Assembly (NCBI GenBank): GCA_035528375.1
Contig: DATKYS010000132.1
Span: 731-64,730 of the forward strand
DNA: 64,000 bases
Direction: 5' to 3'
Source of the DNA: a bacterium
GTDB taxonomy: Bacteria; RBG-13-66-14
Position 1 is the stretch's first letter. Every line of letters starts with the position of its first letter. Below are positions 7,914 through 17,408 of this stretch, in pieces. The translations under genes were made by a program, and so were the position numbers. The notes beneath the pieces are model-generated. The model saw nothing but the letters and a program-made list of their open reading frames with translations. It was not told the DNA's origin and made no database searches.

Positions 7914-8717
7914 CTAATGGGCGCCGTTGATGAGTAGCGCACGCTCCACCGGCTGGTTCGTGTCCACGTTGAACTGGTTGAAGATGTCCTTCGAGCCGAA
8001 CTCCTCGGGGCCGATTCCCAGCTTGAGCGTGTAGGTTCCCGTCTCCTGCCTGAGCTTGATCACCGTGGCGAAGAAGCCGTCGGGGTCGGGGGTTATCGGG
8101 GCGAATTCCTGGGCGGAACCGCGGACGAAACAGCCGGGCCAGCCGTCGGCCAGGAGCCAGCCGGTCAGCTTCACGTTGTAGAAGGCGCCGTCGGAGACGA
8201 TGGATATCGGGTTCAGCTCGATGCGCTTCGAGGTGAACACCTCCGTGACGTGGATTCCCTCCAGGTCCCCCCGGGAGCTGTGCACGATTCCGATGCCCAC
8301 CCGGTTGAAATCTGGGTCGAGGATGTTCGCCCGGTGGGGCGGCGAATCCATCAGGCCCTCGAAGGTGGACCGGGTGAGGGTCGCCCAGTCGTAGGGCCCG
8401 CTGCGGTAATCGGCCCCGATGTTCTCCCCGACCCAGACCTCCGTCAGCCCCGCGTTGGCCACGCGTTGGGGAACCGTCTCGCTCCCCGAAACCGGCGACT
8501 CGTGGCTGAAGTAGCCCAGGGTAACCATCTCCCAGGAGTGCTGTCGGGCGACCTGGGTGAAGGCGGGGTCCATGGCGAGGGGGGCCACGCCATCCTCGGC
8601 GCGGGCGGCGTTGACGAGCTCCAGCATGAGCTCCTCCGCCTCCGCCTCGCCGGTGAAGGCGGCGGCACCGACCGCCGGGAGCAGGCAGAATATGATTGCG
8701 AAGAGCCCTTTGGGCAC
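7914..8717 (-). CDS. Secreted CAP/SCP/PR-1 domain protein
   Basis: Signal peptide, then LVNAARAEDGVAPLAMDP...HSWEM...GENIG...HRANILDPDFNRVGIG, the CAP-domain signature. Confidence 0.75.
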   Translation of the reverse strand: MPKGLFAIIFCLLPAVGAAAFTGEAEAEELMLELVNAARAEDGVAPLAMDPAFTQVARQHSWEMVTLGYFSHESPVSGSETVPQRVANAGLTEVWVGENIGADYRSGPYDWATLTRSTFEGLMDSPPHRANILDPDFNRVGIGIVHSSRGDLEGIHVTEVFTSKRIELNPISIVSDGAFYNVKLTGWLLADGWPGCFVRGSAQEFAPITPDPDGFFATVIKLRQETGTYTLKLGIGPEEFGSKDIFNQFNVDTNQPVERALLINGAH

Positions 8718-8840
8718 GGTTCAGCCGCCTTTCCGCCACCAATTATAGCGGCAAGAGCCCGCAGTTATCCAGGTTTTGCCGCTTGGCCGGCGGGTTCCCC
8801 CTGTGTTACCGTAGCCCCGTTCGAACCACCGGGAGGGTTT

Positions 8841-9302
8841 ATGAGAAGGGTTCCTCTAGTTTTGATTACCCTCGTTTTCCTGGCCTCCTGCGGCGGCAAG
8901 CCGCCCCGGGAGGAGTACGTTCAGGACCCGCGGTCCACCGCTGCCGAGACCCCCGACGTCACCGAGCCCCTGGGGTTCCCCGCCGGCGATCCGACCGCGG
9001 CGGTGGAAGCCTTTCTCCTGGCCGCCAAGCTCGGTCAGGACGAGAAGCTCGGGGAGATGCTCTACCCGCCCGGGGTGGGTGAGGAGGGCGCCGGGCTGGG
9101 TGAGAAGCTTAAAAACCTCGATGGCGCGGGAATCACCAATTGGGGCGAGGTCACCGTGGGCGCGGAGCGCCCGGGCGAGGGGGAGGTGCTGGAGAGCCGG
9201 GAGGTTACGGCGCGGGTACACCGGGGTGAGTCGTCGCGGGTCTGGCGCTTCACCGTGGTGCGCACGAACGCGGGCTGGTACATCCGGGATTTTGAGGACT
9301 GA
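8841..9302 (+). CDS. Hypothetical lipoprotein
   Basis: MRRVPLVLITLVFLASCGG lipobox, 153 aa, in frame within the longer track ORF 8250..9302. Confidence 0.5.
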   Translation: MRRVPLVLITLVFLASCGGKPPREEYVQDPRSTAAETPDVTEPLGFPAGDPTAAVEAFLLAAKLGQDEKLGEMLYPPGVGEEGAGLGEKLKNLDGAGITNWGEVTVGAERPGEGEVLESREVTARVHRGESSRVWRFTVVRTNAGWYIRDFED

Positions 9303-9305
9303 GCC

Positions 9306-10313
9306 TCACGCCCCGGTGAGCTCCTCCAGGAATGCGGGCCAGCCGCCCCGCCCCTTCGCGGCCAGGGCGTGGACGAGCTCGAGGAAGGCGGTCTCGATGG
9401 CCGGCAGTCCGCGTTTCACCGCCGCATCGAAGCCCAGCAGCGCCGACTGCGCCTCCCACAGCTCGCGGGGCGTGTGCCGTCCGGCCGCCCGCCGGTAACC
9501 GTCGAGGAAGTAGGGAGTCACCCCCGCCAGACGCGCCAGCTCGCCTTTTTCGAGGTCGCGCCGCGAGTGGAAACGGATGAGCTGTAAAATCCGGTAGTGA
9601 CGCGCCAGGAGGCCGACGAGGCGGGGCATCTCGGCCGGGTCGGCCAGGGATCGGGCGGCCATGAGGCAGGCCTCGGCCTCCCGACCCGCGGTGACCAGGT
9701 CGCACAGACGGAAGGGATCGAAACCCGGCGCCGTGCCGACCGCCTGGGCCACCTGCTCCGCGGTGAGCGTGCCCCCCTTCTCCACGAGGAGGGACAGGCT
9801 CTCGCAGGCGTTCTCCAGGGTGTCCAGGTTCCCGGCGACGGCCAGGATAAGCTCCAGCGCCGGGGGGGCGGCCTTGACACCGCGCTCGTCGAGGAAGTGG
9901 AGGGCGGCCTTGCGCAGGTCGGCCTCTTTCAACGGCTCGCACTCGACGGTGGAGTCCTGCAATTCCTTCGACAGGCGGGTGCGCCGGTCCAGCCGTTCCA
10001 GCACCACCGCCAGGTGGTTGGGCGGTCTGACATTAGGGAGAAGTTTGAGTACCGTCTCCACCAGCTCCGCCGGGAGGGTGTCCCCCTCGATGACGGCGAG
10101 GCGTGCGGCGCCGAAAAGGGGCAGCGTCTGAACGGCGTCGGCGAGCTCGCCGGGCGCCACGTCGGTGCCGTACCGCTCCAGGTCGGCTCCCGCCCCCAGG
10201 GTGTCGCGCAGCGCTGCCAGGGCCCTCCTCCGCAGCCCCGCCTCCGGACCGGCGATGAGGGCCACGGCGGGCGGCTCTTTTCCCAAAACACTGCGCCAAC
10301 GTGTAAGGTTCAC
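9306..10313 (-). CDS. holA: DNA polymerase III delta subunit
   Basis: 335 aa with HolA-like N-terminal (LIAGPEAGLRRRAL...), middle and C-terminal helical domains. Confidence 0.7.
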   Translation of the reverse strand: MNLTRWRSVLGKEPPAVALIAGPEAGLRRRALAALRDTLGAGADLERYGTDVAPGELADAVQTLPLFGAARLAVIEGDTLPAELVETVLKLLPNVRPPNHLAVVLERLDRRTRLSKELQDSTVECEPLKEADLRKAALHFLDERGVKAAPPALELILAVAGNLDTLENACESLSLLVEKGGTLTAEQVAQAVGTAPGFDPFRLCDLVTAGREAEACLMAARSLADPAEMPRLVGLLARHYRILQLIRFHSRRDLEKGELARLAGVTPYFLDGYRRAAGRHTPRELWEAQSALLGFDAAVKRGLPAIETAFLELVHALAAKGRGGWPAFLEELTGA

Positions 10314-10402
10314 GCCCCAAGGATACCCGGCTCCGCCCTTTGTATCAAGGGCCGAATTGGCGTCTATTGTCTTAGGCCGCCCCAGGCCGTATAATCACCA
10401 CC

Positions 10403-11470
10403 GTGAGATTATTCGCGACCCTCCTGGTGCTTCTGGCGCTCCTCGCCGTCTCCTCCGGTGCGACGGAGGCCTACTACCGCACCCTTTCAAATTTAAACTG
10501 CCGTCCCCTGGCGATGGGCGGCGCCTTTCTGGCCGTACCCTGCGAGTTCGAGGCGGCGCTCTACAACCCGGCCGGCTTCGTCCACGGGGAGGGGTTCGGC
10601 GGGGTGCTGAACCTGGGCCTCACCATGTACTGGCTCTGCCGCGGATTCGGGGAGGAGGCCCGAATGCAGGACGTGGAGCTCGGCGGCTCTCCGGGCTCCG
10701 ATTTCGCCACCCTCGCCCTCTCCACCCTGGTGGGCGCCAAAGCGCTCAGCTACTCCGTCGGTGGATTCTACGCCTTCTGCAACCTCTGGGAGGAGAGCCT
10801 CGCCGATCCGGCGACCTTCGATGACCCCCATTTCTTCCACGTCAAGGGGCTCTGGGCCGATCGCACCAACACCCTCGGGGCGGGATACCGCTTCCCCGAG
10901 GGGGTCACGCTGGCCGTGAGCGGGAGCTACTACTCCCGCGAGTACCCGGTGGTGCGTGAGGGTGGGGCTCTCGATGAAGTCGTTGACTGGGAGCGCAGGA
11001 GCGGCTACGGCTTTACCGTGGGCGCCACCTGGGAGTTCATCCCCCGCGCCTACGTGGCCGCCACCTATGTGGACCTCCCCGATAATCTCCCCGGCTGTCG
11101 GGCCAACCTGGAGGGCCTGGGCGACGAGACCATCAACGTCGGCGCCGCGTGGTTCCCCTTTCCCGACGTCGTCTTCTCCCTGGACGTACGCAACCTGGTC
11201 AACAGCCGGGCCGAGGCCTTCCGCGAGGTAAGGGTCGGGCTGGATCAGCGTCTGCTGCCCCACCTGACCTTCCGGGCCGGTTACGCCTACACGGGTGAGG
11301 AGGAGCACCTGTGGAGCCTCGGGTTGGGGGTGGGTGACGGCAGCCTGGGCGCCGCGGGCGGCATCCAGACGAACCTGGCCCAGAGCAACTACATCCTCAA
11401 CTACACGTTTCTGAAGAACCAGACCGCCGACCAGATTTACCACCTCCTGAGCTTCGTCGTGACGTTCTAG
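10403..11470 (+). CDS. Outer-membrane beta-barrel protein (possibly PorV/FadL-like)
   Basis: Signal peptide, alternating amphipathic strands, C-terminal ...LLSFVVTF aromatic terminus typical of OMPs. Family call uncertain. Confidence 0.5.
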   Translation: MRLFATLLVLLALLAVSSGATEAYYRTLSNLNCRPLAMGGAFLAVPCEFEAALYNPAGFVHGEGFGGVLNLGLTMYWLCRGFGEEARMQDVELGGSPGSDFATLALSTLVGAKALSYSVGGFYAFCNLWEESLADPATFDDPHFFHVKGLWADRTNTLGAGYRFPEGVTLAVSGSYYSREYPVVREGGALDEVVDWERRSGYGFTVGATWEFIPRAYVAATYVDLPDNLPGCRANLEGLGDETINVGAAWFPFPDVVFSLDVRNLVNSRAEAFREVRVGLDQRLLPHLTFRAGYAYTGEEEHLWSLGLGVGDGSLGAAGGIQTNLAQSNYILNYTFLKNQTADQIYHLLSFVVTF

Positions 11471-11517
11471 CCCGCGGGCTCCCTTGACACAACGGTTTAA
11501 CGGGAATACCATCCACG

Positions 11518-12099
11518 GTGGAAATGGGTGCCGCCGCAAAAGCCCTGATTCCGCTTCCCGCGCTCCTCCTGCTCGGCTCCCTGGGCTGCGTTCAGGCCCA
11601 GTTCAACGTCGAGCTGGTGGACGCCAAGACGATGTTGGAAAACCAGGTTCTGGGCAGCTACGCCGAGCTGGGGGAAGACGTGTGGATGGTTTCCAACGTC
11701 CGTGCGACCGGGGAGCTCATCTACGGCTACGAGCCCCTGATATTCGAGGGTGAGCTGGACCCGGAGAAGGCCGCCGCCCTGACCGCGCTCCTGGACACGC
11801 TCTACACCGCCGATGAGGTCACCCGCCTGAAGGCGACCGGGCTCATCGGGGAGACCGCCGGGGGCTACCTGGCGGTGACCCCCGCCGGCGAGGGGGGCGT
11901 CTACGCCGAGGAGATCGTCGGACGCGAGAACAACAACCGGGGCCTCGTATACGACCGGCTGGCGGTCACCACGCCGGAGCTGGCCCGTTTCCCCGACCCC
12001 CGGGCCGAGGTGGAGAAAGTCTTCGCCCGCTACTACCGGGAGAAACTCGCCCCGGGGATGTACTACCTCGACGAAGCGGGCAACTGGTTGCAGCTCTGA
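11518..12099 (+). CDS. DUF1318 (YdbL-like) periplasmic protein
   Basis: Signal peptide. GRENNNRGLVYDRLA...ELARFPD matches the DUF1318 core. Confidence 0.55.
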   Translation: MEMGAAAKALIPLPALLLLGSLGCVQAQFNVELVDAKTMLENQVLGSYAELGEDVWMVSNVRATGELIYGYEPLIFEGELDPEKAAALTALLDTLYTADEVTRLKATGLIGETAGGYLAVTPAGEGGVYAEEIVGRENNNRGLVYDRLAVTTPELARFPDPRAEVEKVFARYYREKLAPGMYYLDEAGNWLQL

Positions 12100-12165
12100 A
12101 CGTCGCGGCGGGGATGGGGAACGGCGCGTCCAGCCGCTTCTTTTTTTATCCGAGGTGGATCGCCC

Positions 12166-13338
12166 TTGAGTAAGCGGGATAAAGTCAAACGGCCGGCTTT
12201 CCGCACGCAGCGGGAAGGGGTGGCCTTCCGCCGCCACGATTTCGCCAGGCTGCGCTCCAACGCGCAGAAGGCGCTGAAGGCCCTGCAGAAACGGGACCCC
12301 GACGGCGAGAAGAGGCTGCTCGACGACCGGGACGGCTTCGGCGCAGCCGTGGCCGCACTCGTCAAGGTCCCCGAGTGGTCCAACGTCCGCCTCGACCCGC
12401 GGGTCATCGCCGACTACATCGCCTCGAAGAAGCCGCCCGAGGGGGGCAAAGAGGAGGCGATGGCCGAATACATCGGGACCTGCCTGGACGAAATCGTGGA
12501 CGACCAGGCGCGGATGGGACTCACCGTCATCGCCCTGAGCGCGCAGGTGAACCTGGTCGGCCGGAACGAGGACCGCCTGGCCTGGATGAACCTCGTCATG
12601 CTCAACCTTTTCACCAATCCCGAGGCCAAGCCCCGGGGCATCCCGATACTGCACCACCTGTTCTGGCTCAACTACGGCGATTACGTGTTTCAGCGCAACG
12701 TAATGGGCTTCGTGGGGCAGGTGCTCGATCCGGACCTTCTCCAGGGCGATGTGTTCCGCGAGGTGCTGGCCCAGGATTGGGAGGCGGAGGCGATTGACCT
12801 CGGGGGTCTGGCGGAGAGCCTCGGGGTCAAGCCCGAGGATGTTCCGGTCAAGGTCTGCGAGACGACCCGGCTGACGACCCTCGCCGCCGAGCGGTTCGAG
12901 GGGTTCGTTCCCGACGATGACCTGGTGGAGCGGACCCTGGACGTCATCTCAGACCAGGCGGTGGAGCTGATGCGGGCCGCTCTGGACAACCGGGCCAAGC
13001 GGGAGGAGCTCGAGGCGGCCGCCGCCGGCCTGGTCCGCCAGGTGGCGACGGAGGCCGCCCGCGCCTTCCAGGCCAAGGGGTATCTGGAGAATCTGGAGCG
13101 GACCCTGGCCGAGCTGGAGGCCTCCGACGCGGGATCCCTCCCCCGGGAGCTGGCGCGCCGGGCGAAGATCGTCCTCGGCAGCCTGCCCACCCGGTTCAAC
13201 CCCCTCTTCGACGCCCTCTTGATCCTCGGTGTGCGCCGGAGGGCCGCGCGGGACTACCACGAGAGCGCCGAGAAGCGGGCGGAGCCCACGGAGGTTCCCG
13301 GTGGGAAGGGGAAACCCGAGCCGCCCCCCGACGTATAA
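12166..13338 (+). CDS. Hypothetical protein (390 aa)
   Basis: Long ORF with GC3-biased codon use. No family recognised. Confidence 0.5.
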   Translation: MSKRDKVKRPAFRTQREGVAFRRHDFARLRSNAQKALKALQKRDPDGEKRLLDDRDGFGAAVAALVKVPEWSNVRLDPRVIADYIASKKPPEGGKEEAMAEYIGTCLDEIVDDQARMGLTVIALSAQVNLVGRNEDRLAWMNLVMLNLFTNPEAKPRGIPILHHLFWLNYGDYVFQRNVMGFVGQVLDPDLLQGDVFREVLAQDWEAEAIDLGGLAESLGVKPEDVPVKVCETTRLTTLAAERFEGFVPDDDLVERTLDVISDQAVELMRAALDNRAKREELEAAAAGLVRQVATEAARAFQAKGYLENLERTLAELEASDAGSLPRELARRAKIVLGSLPTRFNPLFDALLILGVRRRAARDYHESAEKRAEPTEVPGGKGKPEPPPDV

Positions 13339-13354
13339 AGACCAGGAGGTTTCG

Positions 13355-13741
13355 ATGCAGCGCCACACCGTATCCACCGACGAGGCTCCGCAAGCGGTAG
13401 GCCCTTACAGCCAGGCGGTCGTGTCTGGAGGCTTCGTCTTCACGGCGGGCCAGATTCCGCTCAATCTCTCCACGGGCGAGCTCGAGCAGAACGACATCGA
13501 GACGGCCACCCGGCGCGTCTTGGCGAACCTGGACGCGGTTCTGCGAGCCGCCGGAAGCTCCCTGGATCGGGCGGTCAAGCTCACCGTTTTCATGACCGAC
13601 CTGGGGCTTTTCTCCAGGATGAACGAGGTTTACGCCGGGTTTTTTAAAGGGGACCCGCCCGCGCGCTCGGCGGTCCAGGTCGGAGCCCTCCCCAGGGGGG
13701 CCGTCATCGAAATCGAGGCCGTGGCCGTCCTCGAGGGCTGA
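13355..13741 (+). CDS. ridA: RidA/YjgF family reactive-intermediate (enamine/imine) deaminase
   Basis: APQAVGPYSQAVVSGGFVFTAGQIP...KLTVFMTDLGLFSRMNEVYAGFF...PARSAVQVGALPRGAVIEIEAVA. RBS AGGAGG 8 nt upstream. Confidence 0.85.
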   Translation: MQRHTVSTDEAPQAVGPYSQAVVSGGFVFTAGQIPLNLSTGELEQNDIETATRRVLANLDAVLRAAGSSLDRAVKLTVFMTDLGLFSRMNEVYAGFFKGDPPARSAVQVGALPRGAVIEIEAVAVLEG

Positions 13742-13797
13742 TCCGTCCCGGCGGCGATGAGAAAACGTATCCGCGGCAGGTCCGATAAACCGCGGGC

Positions 13798-13827
13798 TTG
13801 ACAGCCCCTCGTTCTTAACCGTAAAAT
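13798..13827 (+). promoter_or_regulatory. Sigma70-type promoter TTGACA-17/18-(G)TAAAAT
   Basis: Consensus -35 with appropriate spacing, about 40 nt upstream of the 13862 gene. Confidence 0.5.
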
Positions 13828-13861
13828 CCAGCGGACTGACCAGAAAAAGGGAGATCAGTTC

Positions 13862-14656
13862 ATGAATCGCTCCCTCATTTACGCCGTCCCGTTCGTTTTT
13901 CTCCTGGCCCTCGCCTGCACGGACCTCCCCCTCAACGTCCACGGTGACACGCCCACCGACGGCCAGTTGAAGATCATGGCCCTGACCGACGTCGTGGAAA
14001 TCCTGGCCCGCAGGCCGGAGATGATGCCCGGCCTCATCCAGGGGATCAGCGACGTTTCCAAGGGGGACAAGACCGCCCTGCACGATAGGTTGGAAGAGGA
14101 GCTCATCAGCATCTTAACCCGACGGGGCTACTTCGTCGGGGCCGTGGCCGCGCCCGAGGAGGAGAGCGAGACGGAAGAGGCGCTGCGGGAAGCGCATGAA
14201 GAGAAGGAGATGGTGGTGTCCGGAGCGGGTGCTGACGGTAACACCGCCGGGGCCCAGGATCCCGTGGAATCCACCCCCTCGTCCTCTCCGTCCTCCCCGT
14301 CCCGGACCGAAGACTCTACCCATACCGTGGCCAAACCGGGCACCCTGGAGTACCGTCTGGTCGAGTGCCGGGTCATCTACACCCGGGCTGGATCGGGCGT
14401 GAAACGTCAGGCCGTGGCGGTGGTTCATTTCCGTATCCCCAGCTCCTCGGGCGAGGGGTACGCCTGGGCCGGCGACATCACCGGCTCCGCCGAGGACGTC
14501 GTGTCCACCACGGCCGCCGAGGAGTTGATAGACACCCGCTACGCCGACATCGGCCCCACGTCGCCCGAGGAGGAGGAGACGCCGATTCTGGAGCCGATTA
14601 TCGTGACCGCCGTAACCGTGGGTCTGATCGTCCTCTTCAGTTTCACCAGCCAGTAG
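13862..14656 (+). CDS. Hypothetical lipoprotein with C-terminal transmembrane anchor
   Basis: LLALACTD lipobox, acidic/Ser-rich linker, C-terminal hydrophobic helix. Confidence 0.5.
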   Translation: MNRSLIYAVPFVFLLALACTDLPLNVHGDTPTDGQLKIMALTDVVEILARRPEMMPGLIQGISDVSKGDKTALHDRLEEELISILTRRGYFVGAVAAPEEESETEEALREAHEEKEMVVSGAGADGNTAGAQDPVESTPSSSPSSPSRTEDSTHTVAKPGTLEYRLVECRVIYTRAGSGVKRQAVAVVHFRIPSSSGEGYAWAGDITGSAEDVVSTTAAEELIDTRYADIGPTSPEEEETPILEPIIVTAVTVGLIVLFSFTSQ

Positions 14657-14774
14657 GGTCGGCTGGAGGCGGGTCTGCGCCCCGGAATACCGCGATACGT
14701 CGAGCTGAGAAAAAGACTCCCGCGCATATTAGTGTTTCTGTTGACGGTGGCGGAATACAGCTCAATAACGATTA

Positions 14775-14802
14775 AAAAAACGCCCCCTCGGGCGTTTTTC
14801 TC
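14775..14802. terminator. Rho-independent terminator, copy 1 of a tandem pair (AACGCCCCCtcGGGCGTT + T-run)
   Basis: Hairpin flanked by an A-run 5' and a T-run 3', so it is bidirectional. Lies between convergent genes. Confidence 0.6.
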
Positions 14803-14851
14803 GCCGGCTCGCGGGCGTCCCCCGCCCGGGCCGCCACGAAGCTGAAATAAA

Positions 14852-14878
14852 AAACGCCCCCCCTGGCGTTTTTCTTCG
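14852..14878. terminator. Rho-independent terminator, copy 2 (near-duplicate of 14775..14802)
   Basis: AAAAAACGCCCCCCCTGGCGTTTTTCTTCG. Same architecture about 75 nt downstream. Confidence 0.55.
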
Positions 14879-14909
14879 TCGTTTTGCGGGCTTTTTCCCT
14901 TCGGCGATC

Positions 14910-15266
14910 CTAGCGGTAAAGGCTGAGGATTACACCCCAACTGGTCATCGCCACACCGCTGGGCTCCACGATGACGGTCCCGGTGGCGTAGGGGTACTGT
15001 GGGTCGTTGTAATCGAAGGAGCCCGAGGTGTTGAAGGTGCGGGTGTACGTTTCGCCGGGATCCAAAAATCCCGAGTCCCACAGCCCGTCCACGGATTTGG
15101 TACGGTGCGTGTGCGCGCCGTCGTTGGTCCAACGGACGCGGTCTCCGGGTGAGACGGTGACTATCGCGGGACTGAACAAGTTGTCGCCGATGCTGACCTC
15201 GTGGACCTCCGCCAGGGCCGCCAGCGCCAGGGTGAGGATGCCGAATACGAGCAATCCTCTTCTCAT
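14910..15266 (-). CDS. Secreted cupredoxin-like (plastocyanin/azurin-fold) protein lacking an obvious Cys-His-Met copper site
   Basis: Signal peptide. DNLFSPAIVTVSPGDRVRWTNDGAHTHRT resembles a cupredoxin beta-sandwich, but no C-terminal CxxHxxM motif. Confidence 0.45.
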   Translation of the reverse strand: MRRGLLVFGILTLALAALAEVHEVSIGDNLFSPAIVTVSPGDRVRWTNDGAHTHRTKSVDGLWDSGFLDPGETYTRTFNTSGSFDYNDPQYPYATGTVIVEPSGVAMTSWGVILSLYR

Positions 15267-15479
15267 CGCGCAGCCTCCGATTTCGGGGGGATTTGGCAGA
15301 TCCTCCACTGTAAGAATAGCCTGAAATAAGGAAATGTCAAGAGCCGGCGTGTATTTTTTATATTTCGGACGACCGGGCTGTTCCGGGTGAACCGTTGTCG
15401 TTCCGGTTTTTTATGTACGTCTAGCCACCCACGCCAAAGCCCCCGCCGCGGTGCGGCAGGGGCTCGTCGTCGTAAAATC

Positions 15480-15683
15480 CTACGGCTCGACGGCGTTAAG
15501 CTCACGTAAAAGGTCGTCCGGATCGAGCCCGTGGAGGATGGCGTAGAGCTCCAGGGTTTCGTCCCCGGCTGCGGGACAACCGGCGCAGTCTGAGCCGGTT
15601 ATCCGCTTTACCGCCTCGGCCAGCCGCGGGGAGCGGCCGATGAGCTCGGCCATCGTCGTGTCCCGGGTGATTTTATCCGCCAT
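15480..15683 (-). CDS. DUF1858 (hybrid-cluster-protein-associated redox disulfide) small protein, paralog B
   Basis: MADKITRDTTMAELIGRSP...CAGCP, 67 aa. Immediately downstream of paralog A. Confidence 0.55.
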   Translation of the reverse strand: MADKITRDTTMAELIGRSPRLAEAVKRITGSDCAGCPAAGDETLELYAILHGLDPDDLLRELNAVEP

Positions 15684-15685
15684 GC

Positions 15686-15904
15686 TCAGTTGCCGCCCGT
15701 GTCCGCGGCGGTTTCGTTCAGGTCCTTCAACAGGTTCGCGACGTCGTCCAAGCCGTGGCCCAGGGCGCCCTGCTCGATGGTCTCGTAGTTGGCGATGTGG
15801 CAGCCGATGCAGTGCAGGCCGTGGGCCATGAAGACGGGGATGGTCTTCGGGTACTTCCGGACGACGTCCTCGATGATCATGTCCTTGGTGATTTTCTCGG
15901 CCAA
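15686..15904 (-). CDS. DUF1858 small redox protein, paralog A
   Basis: MAEKITKDMIIEDVVRKYPKTIPVFMAHGLHCIGCHIA, the DUF1858 pattern with a CxxC. Confidence 0.6.
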   Translation of the reverse strand: MAEKITKDMIIEDVVRKYPKTIPVFMAHGLHCIGCHIANYETIEQGALGHGLDDVANLLKDLNETAADTGGN

Positions 15905-15988
15905 TGGTCCTCCATTTTGCGTCCCGTCGGGGGCGGTTTTTTTTAGTTTCGCAGTGCTCGAACGTCATTCTAGCCGAAAATGCGCTCG

Positions 15989-16017
15989 TTGACAACCAGG
16001 AAGACGGTGCCTATACT
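15989..16017 (+). promoter_or_regulatory. Sigma70 consensus promoter TTGACA-17-TATACT
   Basis: Perfect -35 and near-perfect -10, directly upstream of the phosphohexomutase gene. Confidence 0.6.
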
Positions 16018-16031
16018 CTTTTTAATACCCT

Positions 16032-17408
16032 TTGAGACTCACTGGAGGCCGATTGTTCTTCCGGTTTTCCGTTTCCGGGGCGCGGGGAATAGTGGGCGAC
16101 GGCCTGGACCCCAAGCTGGCTCTCGAGCTCTCCGCAGCTTTCTCGGGGATTTTACCGACGGGTCCGGTGATCCTCGGCCGCGACAGCCGGACTTCGGGGC
16201 CGGCGCTCCGACGGGCCGTCATCGCCGCCTTGACGGGCTGCGGGCGGGATGTGGTGGATCTGGGCATCTGCCCCACCCCCACCGTGCAACTCGCCGTGGA
16301 GTGGCTACGGGCGGCCGGAGGGATGATCATCACCGCCAGCCACAACCCCGCCGCCTGGAACGGCCTGAAATTCGTCGGCGCGAGGGGGACCTTCATCCCG
16401 CCCGAGGAGCTCTCCCGGCTGAAGAAAATCCACTCCAACGGCGAGTACGGCTGGGTGTCCCACGACCGAATCGGATCCGTCTCCGAGAGAAAAGACCTCG
16501 TCGCCCGCCACGTGGACGAGGTGGTCGGGCTCGTGGACCCGAGGCAGATAAAAAACGCCGGCCTGAACGTGGTGGCCGACTGCTGCCGCGGGGCCGGCGG
16601 CGCGGTCATACCGAGCCTCCTGGAGAAGCTGGGGGTGAAGTTCCGCTGTCTCGGCGCCGAGACCGACGGGCGCTTCCCCCGCGACCCCGAGCCGGTGCCC
16701 GAGAACCTCGCCGAGCTGTCCCAGGCCGTGGTCGAATCGCGGGCCGACCTGGGGCTGGCCTACGACGCCGACGTGGATCGCCTGGCTCTGGTCGGGACCG
16801 ATTGGAAGCCCATCGGAGAGGAGCGGACGCTGCAGTTGGCCTGCTGGGCCCTTTTGGACCGGGGCGAGCGGGGTGACCTGGCGACCAACGTCTCGACCAG
16901 CCGGGGCCTGGACGACGTGGCCGCCCGCTTCGGGGTGAAGGTCCACCGAACCCCCGTGGGCGAGGTGAACGTGGTCGAGACCATCGTCGAAAAAAACTGC
17001 CTCGCGGGGGGCGAGGGGAACGGCGGCGTCATCTACCCCCGCCTGCACCTTGGACGCGACGCCCTGGTCGCCACGGCGCTCATCGTCGAGTTCCTGGCCC
17101 GGTCGGGCAAGGGGATTCTGGGTCTCGTCGAGGAACTCCCCGTGTACGTGATGCTGAAGCGGAAGGCCCCTATGCCCGAGGAGAGAGTCCTGCGCCGGGT
17201 TTACGACCGCCTCCGGGACGTCCATCCCGACGCGGCTTTCTCGGAGCTGGACGGTCTCCGGCTGGACTGGGGGGACCGCTGGCTCCACCTGCGGCCCTCG
17301 GGGACCGAGCCCATCGTGCGCATCTTCGCCGAGGCGCCCGACGAGGACACGGCCCGCGGTCTGGTGGACGGGGCCCGGGCGGTTCTGGAGGCCGGCGATG
17401 GAGGATAG
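16032..17408 (+). CDS. glmM: Phosphoglucosamine mutase / phosphomannomutase family (alpha-D-phosphohexomutase)
   Basis: GARGIVG...ITASHNPAAWNGLKF (active-site Ser motif), four-domain length. The true start may be a few codons downstream because the promoter sits so close. Confidence 0.7.
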   Translation: MRLTGGRLFFRFSVSGARGIVGDGLDPKLALELSAAFSGILPTGPVILGRDSRTSGPALRRAVIAALTGCGRDVVDLGICPTPTVQLAVEWLRAAGGMIITASHNPAAWNGLKFVGARGTFIPPEELSRLKKIHSNGEYGWVSHDRIGSVSERKDLVARHVDEVVGLVDPRQIKNAGLNVVADCCRGAGGAVIPSLLEKLGVKFRCLGAETDGRFPRDPEPVPENLAELSQAVVESRADLGLAYDADVDRLALVGTDWKPIGEERTLQLACWALLDRGERGDLATNVSTSRGLDDVAARFGVKVHRTPVGEVNVVETIVEKNCLAGGEGNGGVIYPRLHLGRDALVATALIVEFLARSGKGILGLVEELPVYVMLKRKAPMPEERVLRRVYDRLRDVHPDAAFSELDGLRLDWGDRWLHLRPSGTEPIVRIFAEAPDEDTARGLVDGARAVLEAGDGG

